From Antedon mediterranea (taxonomy: Eukaryota; Animalia; Echinodermata): a DNA stretch of 64,000 nt. The translations under genes were made by a program, and so were the position numbers. The notes beneath the pieces are model-generated. The model was not told where the DNA came from and did not search any database. It saw only the letters and a program-made list of their open reading frames with translations. Below, one piece after another: positions 13,955 to 28,973 of this stretch (its first letter is position 1; the number at the start of each line of letters is the position of its first letter). Where the stretch lies: assembly GCF_964355755.1 (NCBI RefSeq), contig NC_092674.1, positions 18,228,001-18,292,000 of the forward strand, read 5' to 3'.

Positions 13955-14669
13955 CTAAAATTAAAAAAAATTTGTGTTATTTAGATAATTTCTACCCATT
14001 AACTTTTTAATTATGAAAAAGAATGTTCTTTTGATTATTGTGGAATAAAAAAAAAAGTTATGCTAGAATACATGTTTTCCAGTGTCACACAGCCGCAACT
14101 ACATATAAATTTCGGACATATAAATTATTTGAACCATTGGTGAAAAAATGGCACAATTGCACAACTCTTAATAATATACAGTAATAAATTCATCACTTTA
14201 GCGATAAAAGATACCAATATTTAATTTCTTAAAATAAAAAAAAACATTCATGTACGTTAAAATATAATGTATGCTAAAATACAAGCGAAAAAGTTTGAAC
14301 TTTTGACGGAGCAGCACATTGTTTCCATTTTGTGCGATTCCTTTATTGAGTAATTGCCAAATAATGGTATGCTGTTCTTTGTACGCCCACCATTTGTCAA
14401 GACGTAATTTATGTTTTCTGTTGCTGTTTAATGTTTTGTTGGCACCCGTTAACTCTGCAATGAAGATATATGCATCTAATTCACGTACTGTACTTCCATT
14501 CGACCGTTTTAAGCTTATGCTATACTATATTATTATACTATACCAGCCAGGGAGTTGATATACTAGCCTGAGTAGGTTATTAAAATAATGCAATAGCTAG
14601 CTTATTTTCACAATGAATGTACCATCTAGTTCTAGGGCCTAGCTAGTGCTAGGCCTATAAGTTACTTTT

Positions 14670-16702
14670 GGATTAGGCCAACTTCGGCCACAGACAATTT
14701 CGGCCTCAGACAATAATACTACCATATCTATGGAACGCCCATAGTGCCATTGATATGGGAACAATGAGACACGACAATGTAATACAGGATTATCGATTTC
14801 ATTGTGTTTTACTTTTGTTTTTTGTTTTTACACAGGAAAACACGGACACAGACAAACTTGGCAATTAATTAATTAATAATAACAATAAAATACGAACACG
14901 TATTTTGTAGCTAGGTGGCATGATGAGATAAGAAATGAAGAATTACGTAGATACCGATATTTCAGAGTACAAAAAATACAATACGGTGAAAAAAGAGATG
15001 AATTGAATGAGGCCTAAGTGATACTAATTGTATGCTTCAGGGTACAATAGAAATGATTTATAATATAAGAAACAAAGATTTACTAAAGTGATAATTAAAT
15101 GTTTCGGTAAAGAATTATTAATGTCATGTACATTTTTCTATAAATATAAAACGAATTGAAGTACGTAGGGATATATACTAATTTTAATGTGTCGAGGTAC
15201 AATAAATATAACTTTGAAGGAATAAGAAACGGAAGAATGAAGTGGTTTAAGAATACGATTTATTTTATCGGAAGAAAAAATTGAGGAAAGTATATAATTA
15301 TTAAGAATTAATATGTTGTAAGATGTAAATGAAACACTGGTAAATAAATGTTAATAGAAATGCGTGCGTTTGTTTTTGTGTGTAAAATTTTACCTAATAA
15401 AATGAACTTGAAATACTGTATTAGTAAAACACCACTCAAGAGGAATTATGCTAAGGCATTGAAGAATTTATTTTTAGATATTTTTCTGAACAGGCTCAGA
15501 ATGAATTTCTGACTGTGTGCGTCATGAGAAGGTACGTGGAAAACCCCGTCATATGGGTCGTTGATTTGTCCGTAGTCATGCATTTTGCCGGGGATTCCTC
15601 ATCATTTAAGTATTTCCGTAGTACCCTATTTATATTCATTTCCCTACGTCCGTAATATTGGGCAGAATTTCCGTAGTAATTACGGGCGTTCCAAACTTTG
15701 AAATAACAGTGTTTGATTGCTTCTTTCTGCAAATTTCTTTCATATTTTCTTTTCTGGAGTGAAGCAACACTGTTGTACATTTTAGTGAATAAATGAAAAT
15801 GAATTTTTTAAATTTTTGTTTTACTGACTTACTTAGCATTTATTAAAAAATAATACAATTCAACGTTTTGCTCAATATATTTATAGCAGCAATTATTAAT
15901 TGATAATAGGCCTACTAATTAGTTTGGGGACTTCCTCTGACGTTCGCATTCGCAACAAATGTTATCCTTAGTCGCATTTTTATCCGAATTATTACTCATT
16001 TTGTTTGTATATTGACATGATATGATATGTTCATTTATTCTGTGCATGTTAAAATATGTTAAATGCATATCACCGCAATACTCAATCATTATTTTTATGT
16101 TGGGTCTGATATGTTTGTTTTATTTATGCACATGTGTTCTTAAGACCTGAGCTCCATGATAAAACATTGAATTACTCCTGTATTGTATTAAAAAACCAAT
16201 CAAATGAAGACGACAAAGTTTTATTAAATTTATTTTTTTTTTATCACTAATTTTCTTCTTGATTCTGCTTGTATTGATGTGTGAGTTCCTGATATTCTTC
16301 TTTGTTCCTTAGGTCACCTATGCAATGGAAGGAAAAACGTTTTAATTAAATTTCTTTTTTTTTCTTAGCATTTCTTTTTTCGTAGCTAAACTATTAATAC
16401 GCCGTCTGTACTAAGAGAGTATTTAACTGTGTCACTGACAGTTGAATTTGTTTTTCGCCAAGACTCCATGATACAACTAAACTGGAATGGAAACAACAAA
16501 TCTAATAAATGCAAATTGTAGTGGAATAACGTTAAGAATGATAACACTGTAATGGTAGTAGTCATAAAAAATGAAGATGCGATAACTAATAGCAAAAACA
16601 ATAGCACGGTCTAATATATGCGTGAATGGTGCACCATAGAAATCTGTTGTGGCCGAAACTGTCTGTGGCCGAAACTGTCTGTGGCCGAAACGGTCATATG
16701 CC
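14670..16702. mobile_element. Mutator-like non-autonomous element (2033 bp)
   Basis: Imperfect TIRs GGATTAGGCCAACTTCGGCCACAGACA / GGCATATGACCGTTTCGGCCACAGACA. Exact 9-bp TSD GTTACTTTT (14661-14669, 16703-16711). Confidence 0.85.
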
Positions 16703-19643
16703 GTTACTTTTTACTAGGCTGGACGGCATATTGTATTCGATCTATGCTAAGGCCTAGCTACTGTAGCTAGAAGCCATCGAATTTACTATACTTTACTGAG
16801 CCTACTGTGTAACTAAACACCATTTTTATTTATTATGGTGCATTAAACAATCGTAGTCTAACATTCATTTTGGTGAATGAGATTCTATAACAACAAACAA
16901 TGATGATTGAAAATCATAATGTCCATGCAATCACACGCACACCATGGATTTTCTCCTCCATGAGCACACACATGTTTTGGACGATTTCTGTTGGATCATT
17001 CCATTATTACTATTAATAGGGAGCAACATGTATTCTAAATTTTTATTAAATAATAATGTATGGGTTTTATACCTCTTCTTGTATTTTAAATTTAATATAC
17101 TGCACAAACTTTTAATTTTATGCTTTTATTTATTTCCAAGTACATTGATATTAAGTAAAGCACTTTCAGATTAATACCAGCACATTTCATGATTCACTCC
17201 AGTAGCGGATCTAGGATCTGATGAGGAGAGGGAAGGAGGGGGGGGGGGGGGGTGCCCTCGCTTAGCACCGAGCGGGGGTGGTGTTGGGAGGTGTTTCCCC
17301 CTCTCGAGCCTCAGAAAAATTGTTGAAAAAGTAGATGCTTACACACTGTTTAATAGACTAGAGCAACTGTTTCCATCACATTTAATAACAAATGTTACAT
17401 AATGTAAATTTAAATAAATCCTTCCTAAATACTGTACAAATCTTTTTCGACGAACTAATAATAGACTTTGATCGAAAAACACTTTTTTCAACGAAATGAA
17501 CATTTGGTGATGCTGTACTCCAAAAATGCCTCGATAGTGCATGTGTTGTATACTGTGTTTTGGTGGTTAACCTCAGATATATACCCTACAGCCGGGTGAA
17601 TAACTCAAAGTAATTTAGTATACAATGATTGCAGTAATCGGCATGTCTATAACACAAATCAATAAAAACACCAAATACGCCACACACTTTTTTTAGGCCG
17701 TGTACATACAAGACATTTCATGTTTATGCCTATGAAATAATAAAAGAACACCATGTTTCTGATTTATTTTTATCGTTTATACTGCATACCATATTATATA
17801 AAAAAGCTATATACGCGAGAAAAAAAGTTCACGATATTACAACTCCACCAGGGGTGTAAATATACCACGCTAATGCTTGCACACACGGACCAAGGCGGTA
17901 ATTAACTGAAATGGAAAATGGTGTATTTTTGGAGAGTGATGACTTCAGCATTCACGCGAGGAGCGAACTAGACAACATGACGCTGGAAGTAGGATAGGAG
18001 TGCGTGTGTTTTGAAAATAACTCAGTTGTGGGTATTTTCCGAAGATTTTAAATCGCGTTTTCTTTTTAAACTCTTGAATTCATAAATAGTAATTTAAACT
18101 CTAAACTCATAGGCCTAGCTACACCCGACCCAGCAGTAGATATTCAACTTGTTGTTGGCTATGTAATATAACAGATATCGCCTTTTATATCGGTAAAATA
18201 GCGCTTCGGGAAATATATATTCGTGGATGTCAAATCTTATATTTAACCTCTAAGCAGTCAATATCTGTATAATACATATTACATACCATACAGTATTACA
18301 CCAAAAAGAAATTACCGGCTCCCCGGAATAAACGCTCGCCTAAAAACCCTTCTGAACAATAAATGCCCATGGCGTTTATTCGGTAAAAATTTGACAAGTT
18401 ACTTCTAGCATTCTGAAAGGAATTGTTGATATTGACGTTTCTATCAAAATGTTTGATCATTATTATAAGCAAAAGTACAATTTTAAACAGTAAAGGATTT
18501 GTTTTAGTTCCTATAATGAAACAATTTAAAGCATCAGTTATTGCATAACATTACTGTCTAAGGATAAGTTGTGAGATATGAGATATTAGAGATATGTTTT
18601 TTGTTTGAAACATTAATAATTAATAGTATTTCTGGTCATCTTTTAACCAAATTTTCTATTAGAATGAATGTAAATATGTATATTTCGAACAACTTGATAC
18701 TAAAAGTTTCTACGACCAGTACGTACAGAGATATGAAGATGCCTTGGTATGTGGGTCAAAGGTCAGAAATGGCATTTATGATCATTTTTGACTAAAATAT
18801 AATAATATAATATCCCCATTAGACTGAATATGAATGAATATTTTTTGTTGAAGAGGCAAGAATTATAATTTGTGGTTTGTAATTTTAAAACATAATTAGA
18901 TTTAATGTACACGTTTTTTTATGCGAGTAGTTTAAAAAACCTATTTCTTTTCAAATTCATTCGTTTGTTTTTTGTGTTGCTGTTCTATTGTTACTCAGCT
19001 TAAGCTATTGTCGCATACACATGCTTGTAGTGAAATTAGTCTAAAGCACACAAATTTTCCGGAGACTAAATCTTATGTAGAAGAATGTTACAGTAGGCGG
19101 AGGTATGCACTCTCAGAGTGGCTTTCTAGTGGTTTTCTGCAAAGTAATAAAATTGTTGACGTTTTTTATATCACAAAAATGCGTGCATGAAGTGAAAAAA
19201 TGGAAATGCTCAAAATGTTCTAAACAATGCTCTTATTTGATTAGAAATTGATTTTGAGCATGATGTTAAAATTTGAAGCATACTTTTTTTTGTGCTTATG
19301 TGTAAATTTAATTGTTATGAAAATATGATTGATGTGGTGATTCACAAAATGGCGGCCTAATGACGTTATGGTAGAGTGACTACACTGAAAAGCTTATTAT
19401 AGTTTTATTATGATACAGATTTTGTAAAAATTAGAAAATCATTGAGATAACACACAACAGGTACACAAAAATCTATACAGAAAGAAATAAAAAGAAGGAA
19501 AAAATAAGATTTTGTACAATAGCAATAGAATAAAATGATCACCTAAAAAAAATATGTTTCAATTTGTTCTAGGTTCACCCAATTTTTATGCTAGAATGAC
19601 TGGATTGTAGTTTCTTCATTATACGTTTCTTTTTAGGGCTCAC

Positions 19644-19739
19644 CTGTATTCGTTCCTTTAATCCTTTTGGATATAATTTATATGCATTCAAGACACCAAT
19701 ATGATAATTTCCAGTTGGATTCTTCCAACTTACTGGGAT
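19644..19739 (-). CDS. TPP2: Tripeptidyl-peptidase II, coding exon 3
   Basis: IPVSWKNPTGNYHIGVLNAYKLYPKGLKERIQ; ttctag acceptor, gtgagc donor, 96 bp. Confidence 0.95.
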
Positions 19740-19795
19740 CTAGAAAAATATAGTCAAAGAAATATCACTTTTAGATTAAGTTATATTTTCAAATA

Positions 19796-20289
19796 GATTG
19801 TTTGCACTGACGTCATATTTTTCCACAGTACTTAGCGAGCCGCCATCTTGGTTGAAAAACATTTGGCTTCGCAACAGCCTATTATTTATAATAGCTGTTC
19901 ACATTAAATAATTGTATATAATAATATAACCCACCTACTCTACAGTTTATTTATTACTCTTTTGAATGGCATATTAAATTTTTTTGAAGTAGCCGACCTC
20001 TGTAAAGGCTAGGCATAGGTTAAAATGTTCTGCCGATCCGGGACAACCTTATTTTCTCTGGTCATACACACAACACACAGTGAAATAATTTTGTTTCAGT
20101 CTGCCATTTCCAACCTTTCTAGGCCTCATACCAGGAGAAGCTGTATTCTACTACAGTTCTTTGAAAAACTACCTATTTTTTGGAACCTCCTATACATCAC
20201 AATGCTCTTACTTTTCATTCTGGTTTTTCTTCCCACAAAAATGGCGAACCATAAATACTGATGGGATGTGACTTCCTGTGCAAACGATC
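19796..20289. mobile_element. MITE with TA TSD in TPP2 intron 2
   Basis: TIR GAT(T/C)GTTTGCAC extending imperfectly for ~60 bp; TA on both sides. Confidence 0.7.
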
Positions 20290-20494
20290 TATGAACCATG
20301 GCATTACTATATATTATAATATTACAGTATAGTAGTACTCAGCAAGCTCATATAATTATAATTACTGATTTTATTATAACATTTTGACAAAATTCAGGGC
20401 CGAAAGGTTCCTGGCCTAAAACATCCCTAATTCAATAAAGTTGTTTTGGCCAAAGATCGGTGATATATCACAATTTAGATTGGTGAAAAAGCAT
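20250..20494 (+). repeat. 245-bp direct repeat, copy 1 (copy 2 at 22050-22294)
   Basis: Copies are 1800 bp apart; only 3 substitutions seen. Confidence 0.95.
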
Positions 20495-20613
20495 GAGATT
20501 TTTGGTGCGTGCCCTAAGAGCTTGAGATTGGGTCAAAAAGTGCAAGTCTCACAATCATATGTGACTTGACACTGTATGACAGAAAAATTAACAATTCAAA
20601 TTTAAAAACTAAC

Positions 20614-20742
20614 CGTTAACTTGCGGCCTGTTAAGCCATTGATTGTATTTTCTTTTGCTTCAACCACAGTCGATGTAACTATATCACCACTACCAGTTGT
20701 GTCAATGATGTCGATAATTTTTGGTTTGCCATTTGTCGTGAC
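20614..20742 (-). CDS. TPP2: Tripeptidyl-peptidase II, coding exon 2
   Basis: [43 protein letters not shown]; ctatag acceptor, gttagt donor, 129 bp. Confidence 0.95.
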
Positions 20743-21720
20743 CTATAGATATAATATAAAGATAGTCAATATTGATGACAAAATGATACTTATTAAAACA
20801 ATCCTTTTTATTACGGGCATTTGGTCCCAGGGGCCTTTAATTATTTTTACCATATTACACCCAAAAAATAAACGCCTCCCTAGAATAAATGCCCTCATAA
20901 AAACCTTCCTGGGCATTTATTTTGTATAAATACGGTACCCCAATAGGGCGAATATATATTTTGTAACAATATGCCTTCTAGTAACACTTAATAGTCCCCA
21001 AAACATCATTCTAAAATGAAATAAAATTTTTAAGTACAAATAATATATCATTTTACAATAAGATAAATTTAAAAACCCAATTTTATCTTAAAGGGCAGGC
21101 GATACACAGTTATTGTATTGATCAAATCTTTAACCCTATAACAACATTTAAAGATTGTCTCCCTGAAAATATAATTCTTACAAATTTTGTTGTTGAATAT
21201 TCCATTTAATGTCACATAATAACCAAAAATTAGATCCAAAAAAATGTATTTAGCTGAAAAAACTTTAATTGAAAGCAAAAAATAGTAAAATAAAAAAATA
21301 GTTTTTGGTTGAATTTAACCATTTATTTTGTCATTTTATAAGTGAAAACATTATTTTTTTCTTTTTTTTTTATCAACTTTATTAAAACTACAAAATAACC
21401 TATTCAAAGTCTGATTTAATTAATCTTCATTTTTCATGTTTTTGGGGGACAATTTAACAGGGATGACTTTGGCTATTTTAAACAGTCAAAGTAAAGCTTG
21501 AAAAAAATTTTGCAGCGAAATTAGCCCCAAAATGGTGCAGACCATTTACTATTGTAAAGCAGTTGTCGTCTGTTACTTTTAAATTGAAAGGTAACAAATA
21601 GGGCAAAATGGTTGTGCATGCGAGTTAACTGAAACCTATCTAAATTAAGCCAGTCCAATTTAGAGGGGGAGGGGTTTGAATGAACTTGTTTTTACAGTTA
21701 CAGTTTTTATTATTATATAG

Positions 21721-22024
21721 TACTGTACATGACATGCGATGGGTCACATATGCTGTACATGACATGCGATGGGTCACATATGCTGTACATGACATGTGAT
21801 GGGTCACATATGCTGTACATGACATGTGATGGGTCACATATGCTGTACATGACATGTGATGGGTCACATATGCTGTACATGACATGCGATGGGTCACATA
21901 TGCTGTACATGACATGCGATGGGTCACATATGCTGTAAATGACATGCGATGGGTCACATATGCTGTACATGACATGCGATGGGTCACATATACTGTACAT
22001 GACATGCGATGGGTCACATATGCT
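21721..22024. repeat. 30-bp minisatellite, 10 copies
   Basis: Unit TGCTGTACATGACATG(C/T)GATGGGTCACATA. Confidence 0.97.
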
Positions 22025-22049
22025 TAAATAAAGCTTTTCAATGACCCAA

Positions 22050-22294
22050 CATAAATACTGATGGGATGTGACTTCCTGTGCAAACGATCTATGAACCATG
22101 GCATTACTATATATTATAATATTACAGTATAGTAGTACTCAGCAAGCTCATATAATAATAATTACTGATTTTATTATAACATTTTGACAAAATTCCGGGC
22201 CGAAAGGTTCCTGGCCTGAAACATCCCTAATTCAATAAAGTTGTTTTGGCCAAAGATCGGTGATATATCACAATTTAGATTGGTGAAAAAGCAT
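22050..22294 (+). repeat. 245-bp direct repeat, copy 2
   Basis: Matches 20250-20494. Confidence 0.95.
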
Positions 22295-25200
22295 TACTAC
22301 TGGCCGTAGTGCCCTAGAATTTTCACAATAAAAACCACCACCGTGGCGAAAATATAAATTCAATTTTCAACAATGAATTAGAGGCAAGATGTTCCACTGG
22401 CGAACTAGCTACACACTAATAAATAAAGTAAAAACTAGACTACCGGTAGGCCTAAAAAAGGATGCCGATAGGATCGTACCGTACAGGTATTTCGTTCTTG
22501 TTTACAGAAATAACAATCGACTTCCGCTCGAGCTGCAAGACCTACTGTGTATTAATAAAAGGGCAAAAAGAAACCACACGTTTTCGAAAACCGGAGGCCA
22601 GCTGGTCTTGACCCTAAAATCCCCAAATTTGAGGGCTGAGGACGTAATTGTAAAACACGGAAAATGGAACTGAACAATGATTGCAATAATATAGTTCAGT
22701 TGAACAAGATAATAACGTAAAGCGTATGTTCTCTTACAGAAATGGATGTTATGTCTTATATTGCCATTATTGGTGGGATTTTTTTTATTTTCAATATTGA
22801 ACCGGATGAGTTTACGATAATCATAAAAATATAAATAATTACAGCTATTAATTTATAATCAAATAATGAAATACAGCAAAAGTGACTTTTAATCATCACT
22901 TTATGGTTTTTAATAACAAATTATTTATTTTATTTATCTATTCAAGATTACTTCCCATAAATAACATAGCCAATGTATATTGTATTCAATATTATATATT
23001 TCACTTCGTCACTGTGCGTCTAGTAGTGGTGAATTCATGATTTCATTTCATTTGTCTCAATAAAATGACAGAGAAACATGATAAACATGTGAAAGGGAAA
23101 ACTTTAAAATCTTTTCAACGTTAAAACTGATTATGTATAGATTAAAATATATTATCCCAGCAAACACAGAACGTCCATAAAACGTTTTGGTTTGGTTTGA
23201 TTCTTTGTTATTTAAAATGTTTTACAAATGCATTTTAAAGACCATATTTAGAGATGTCTTAAAAGAATTTTTTGAATGACGCTTTATGTACGTTTCTATA
23301 GTTTTTGTGATGTGATGCAGGCCTCAATTATTGTTTTAATTAAGGGTTCTAAATAGAGCCCATTAAACCTGTGCTTCACCCACTGTGTAGCCAAAACGTT
23401 TATTTACATCCTTAAATTTATAATCGCGTATTCATTCATTTTACCGACGGTATTCAATTGTTTGACGTTTGGTTCGCCAAATTGTAGAAGATGACAAGAA
23501 ACTCAAATCGCGAAAAATAAAAGGTTGCGAAATAGTTGGAAATGTAAAATCGCGAAAAATTAGGGCAGCGAAAATGTTTGCATGTAAAAGAATAGGAATT
23601 TACAAGATATCCTCCCAAACGATATGGGTCTCTGCACTCGCACTGGCTGATTGCCAAGTCGCCATGGGCAAAAACATTTCCAGATTGGCGAAAGATGAAG
23701 CGGCTGCGATGACATATGATAAAATATATAATCAAATCATCATTTTGGTGAAAGCATGAAGTCCAACTATAAGGTCCACTTGTCGATCTCCAAGCATTTA
23801 TTTTGTTCGTTATCATTTTGTTTAATTCAAGCTCCATTTTTCTCCAACTCGTCTCTTTGTTATTTCAATATGATGGAGGTAGCATAGGTAGACTGACAGA
23901 CGTTACATGACACATGGATGATGAAGTCTGCCCGAACTATCACATGTCGTGGGCTGCACAAACGACAGCCGACGGTCGACTATTTTCCAGGATTGGCTAT
24001 TTTCGATAGAGGTGTATTTTTCAGAATAAAAAAACGTATAGTATCTTCGATGAACGACGTCTTATCAAAATCAAATATTTATGTGTTATGCATTTTAGAC
24101 ACTGCTTATTTATTTATTTCACATTGCTTAAACTTTCCTCATGCGTGCAGTGCGTGAGTAGAGTAAACAAAACAACAATCGGGGAATGGTAGAGTCTATC
24201 TGACGGGGATTAGCTAAACACCAGGGCCAGGCGGCCGGCTGCTGTGTGTGTAATAATAATATTGGGATGTTGATTTCCACTGGCGCGGCGGAAACACTTC
24301 AGCCAAAATGGCGATGGATGGAAAGACGTGGTGCTTTGGCCTAGTCTGTATGTTCAACAACGATACAAGTGTTCATTTGTAACATACGTAATTTTTAGGC
24401 CTATGCCGTTGCTACTGCACTTTCACCCGCTGCACGACAGTGATGGTGAGTGACTATGAAGTCTTATGCCTAGGCCTATATACACGATTTTTGTGGTACG
24501 GAAGCCATCAGAGAGCAGAGATGACAAACGTCATGAGCAGCCAATCAGGGAATTTCAGAAAAAAATTACTGTTAAACAGTCAGGCAGAAGAGTGCTCATT
24601 TAGCCGTTAAAGCCGTTTTAACTGCGCAGATCACTGAGCATCGCCAAGTTACAGTGACTTCCAGTTTGCTGTTCACTTCGCAGCAAGCATTTTGCATGGG
24701 AATACCCTTACAAATCTGCTGCAATTTCCACCATCCCGATTAAATTATGTCTTTCTATATTTGGAAACTGATCTTCCTAATAATGGAAGATTATTCCCGC
24801 CACAAAATGTTGGTATAAATAGCCCAGGAAATGACGACAGAGCTTAATGAAGAAAAAAGTGCAGCTGGAGGTGTGCGTAAGTTACAGGATTTATTTGTTT
24901 GGTTTTGTAGGGAATCCGGCACTTTTCTCATCAACACAAAACCTTAATAAAAACTTGGTGGTTGGTTATTAGATAGTATTAATCTATCTTTTCTGAAAGT
25001 TAAAGCTTGGTTCACCTTGTGAGACGGATTCAAAATCCTTCAAAATCAGTATGTGTAATCAGTTTTTGAACCATTTAATGTAATGTTAATGAGTTTTTCG
25101 CGCCGCAGCTTTAGCCAGCTATATCCCCAAAGGACTACTCATTCAGAAGCTATATTAAGCGGAAAGCTTATTATTTACGGCTGGCATTTTTTTTATTTTG

Positions 25201-26839
25201 TAAACTCGACTAATTGAAAGGTCCAATCTGCTGCTGGACCCAAAAAATGTCTGGGATAAGTCTATAAGGGCTCACGGTTGAACGATTTTGGATTCTCGCC
25301 CTTTGATTGGTTAACACAAAGTGAAGTCACGATGTACTGAGGACTGCATGTCCAACACATAGGAAAATAATGTATTGAAATTCTTTGAATATTAGGTTAC
25401 TTATTATTAATACTATTAATTAATAATATTTGAATATTATCGAACAATATTATTATTATTAGGTCAAATAAACACTCTTTTTTATTTAATAAACATGTTT
25501 AAATGTCAATTGAACAAGAATTTATCAAGCAAAAAGAAAGTATACAATGTTTGTTAGATAGAAATGTACCAAAGAAATTTAATAAGCTTGTTTATGGCAG
25601 CCGATACCAAATAGGGGTTTTCCGTTTTGTGATTCGAGTGTACAGTAGTGTGTGCAGCGATCTTCCCCCGCGATTGAGTGTAAACAAAACAGGACCGCTA
25701 GGCCTGATATGGCCTAGCTTATATTAGCCTAGCTTGGTTATGATAAAAGGTAGGTGGATGGAAAGGAAGGATGGAAAGGAAAGTAGGAAAAAAGCCACCC
25801 CTGTAAAAAGCCACCACTGTTAACATCACATAGTCCTTATACAGGGGTGGCTTTTTTCCGATTTCCGTATGGAAGTCGCCAGACAGGTTGACCATAAAAA
25901 AATTTATACTCGGCCTTTCAAATACAAAATAATGAAATATAATAGTTAATTATATCTCAACCGTAATTGTAATAGTAAATAAATAACGATTATTTACCTG
26001 ACAAAATAATGTATTTTTACGGCACCTACTAATAGATCTACTATCTATTTTAATGGGTGGGCTTATACCTGAGTGCCTCATTTTGCATGAAAATTAGTCA
26101 AAAGTAGGGGGTGGGCTTATACCCGCCCGAGTATGGGCTTATACCCGCGTCAGTACGGTACTAAAAACCGTAATTTTTAAAGTTCATACAATTGCCCACT
26201 GAGCATGCAATTTATTTACTTCGTTCATGGCTAAAAACGATTATTTTCGGCGATGTTTTGGACCCTATATTTTCGAGAACTACAAGTCAGATTTTCATAA
26301 TTCTTTCTTTATTTAATATTGATACAAAATACTAACAGGCAATGTATTAACTTTTAGTGTTGCATCGTTATCCCTAGCTAGGTAGTAGGCCTATATACAT
26401 GTGGGCCGGGTCAAATTAGGGAGTAATTAATCATAATGCTCCTACCATGGACCAATAAATTAGATAGGTCCATGCTCCTACCCTGGAATATGTAGGCCTA
26501 CATATACTGTATTTTGTTTATAATCATATTTTTGTTCTGTACAGTAGACCAGACTATATTTACACAAAATGTTTACTACTGATTGTTAAACAAAAATAAT
26601 TGATATAATAAACCATTATATCTGAAGAAAGAACAATTATTAAAATTGTTCTATAGTCAAAAAGTCAAGCGATATGAGACACATTCTTAATAGTTATCAA
26701 ATTTTTAAAAACCCTCATATTAGGCCAAAAAAAAGATCGACATTCCTTTTTTTTTTTTGTGAGCCAAATAATGAAAAAATGTTGCCTTATTCGCCAAATT
26801 GGCGAATATATTTCACCTCCACCGGACGTGTCAAAAAGA

Positions 26840-27440
26840 TACATGCAAGTGAAATCACACATAAGTCGTAATTTTCAAATTTGAGATTTTCACATACACT
26901 GAAACTACATAATCCAAGATTTAAAATGCTGAAAAAAATATCTTGATACCATGTCTACTTCCGAGATATCACAGTCTAAAGTTTTGGCTGTTAAAATCAG
27001 CAGGAAATGACAAATACAAAAAAATAAACAGGGCGTTTCAGTTTACGCATTAGCAAAAGGGTATACTATTGTTTTATTTCAATGAAACTTCACACCTTCG
27101 TTAATTAACTTTTGTTCTATTATTATGCAAAGTTTTCATTAAAACAACCCACTGGAACGCTTTCAATTTAAGCATAAAACATGATATAGGTATTATGAAA
27201 ATTATACATAATTTACACCATCTTTTTAACCAACATCCACACAAAATGTTAAAATGTATTTATTTGTCTCAAAATAGAAAAGCACCAAGGTAATGTACCG
27301 TAATTAAATACTGTTTGAGCTATCATTTTCTGTAAAAATTTAAATTTTTTTAAAATTTTTCAGCCTTTTATTGTGTTTGGCTTTCTCTACAAATCTACAC
27401 ATGCGACTTATGTCCGATTTCGCTTGCATGTGCCACATAT
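26840..27440. mobile_element. Degenerate MITE
   Basis: Inverted ends ACATGCAAGTGAAATCACACATAAGTCG / CGACTTATGTCCGATTTCGCTTGCATGT; left terminus eroded, no TSD called. Confidence 0.6.
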
Positions 27441-28973
27441 GCGATTATCAAATTTGAGGGGATCCAAGTTTTAACTAAATAAACGCTTTGATTACACAGT
27501 GGTCGAGACACGTTTTTTTACTACACAGTAGTACGATCCGATTACGAATGATTTAAAAGGCATGGATTCGCCAAGCAAGTAGGCCTTTACATTTAATAAA
27601 AATTTACCTAAGATTGTCGTAAGCTTTTTGTTCAAACTTGTTATTTATTTAGCAATAATCCACCCGTTCCGGCATGCACGCTAGGCTGTTATATCTTGAA
27701 TGCCAGTGTACGTATGGATAAAACAATATAAAACTCAATATTTTTCATCTGAAAAAATATGTAAACTCGCGTAATGCAGCATATAACATGGAAATAGTTC
27801 ATTGCGATCTCGATTGTTTTTTGCTTTAAAAATGGTTTAGCTAGGCCTAGGCTAGCAACATATGCCTCAAAAAGCTAGGCCTACGTTTATTTAATAAACT
27901 TTTTAAAAACTTTTGTTGAAACAACATTTGTAGCTAGCGTGAGCCTAGGGTGCTATGAAAAGTGTTTTAAAATATGGTCTTTTTGGTCCGAAAAAAAAAC
28001 AACTTTGCTTTATCGTGATTCCAAGATGGTGGCAATTCAAATTTTGATTTGGTAATAATTCGCAAGCTCATCCACTCTGCTGCCCGACCGTAAAATGTTT
28101 CTTATTAAAAGATTACTGTATGATTTTGATCGTCTAAAATACAACAGAAATTTTCATTTTTTAATCAAAGTAGTGATTTATGCCTAGATAGGCCCTCTAA
28201 TTGCCTTACACAACTTTAGGTACAGGGAAAAGTGTTTAATTGACATGGCTAGAAATTGTCTAAAATGTTTTTACCATTATATTTCATAAACGTTTAATTT
28301 TGGTTAAAGACGGATTCATTTGGCTAAATAACAAAATGTGACTTTAGCCATTTTTGCTACAGATAAACTGATTTGAATCGCCAAATGGCTAAACAAAATG
28401 AAATGTTAGTGCTACCCCAGGGTCTGAGAAGAACTGTAATTTCATAATTGCATGTGCTTTTTTGTCATGACGTAAGTGGGAAATCATATGCAGGTAAAGG
28501 AAAATAAACCAGTTGAGATCTTAAAATATACCTAAATACAGTAAAAAATAAATAAACTGAGAACTTTACAAAATATTAGATAACCTAATATTAATATTAT
28601 AATAATAATAATAATACAGTACTACAATGATGTGCAGGCTACATCGGTGAGAGAGATGCAGACTGCAGCAAACATGTGTATGGCGTACTTGGCATTTCAT
28701 AGATTCTATGGGCAGCTGCTTTGGTCATATATACCCTACTGATTAGCACACAATTACTGAATGACTTTGATTTCTTTGAATATAATAATTATTTTACATA
28801 AACCACAAGAATAGGCCTAGCTAGGCCTAGAGTCACACTAGAGTATATAATAATTGTTAATAATCTGCAAATTTATTTAAAGACTCTACAAACATTTTGC
28901 AATTTGGAGAGGTGCATACGTTCCCCTACCTATATAGTCTGGACTAGTTTCCCGCCTAGTTTACTCACTGTTA

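Noticed and set aside
21640-22099. Repetitive ORFs / CRISPR-like appearance of the 30-bp array
   Set aside because: Head-to-tail units with no unique spacers; the ORFs are by-products of a stop-free unit inside an intron.
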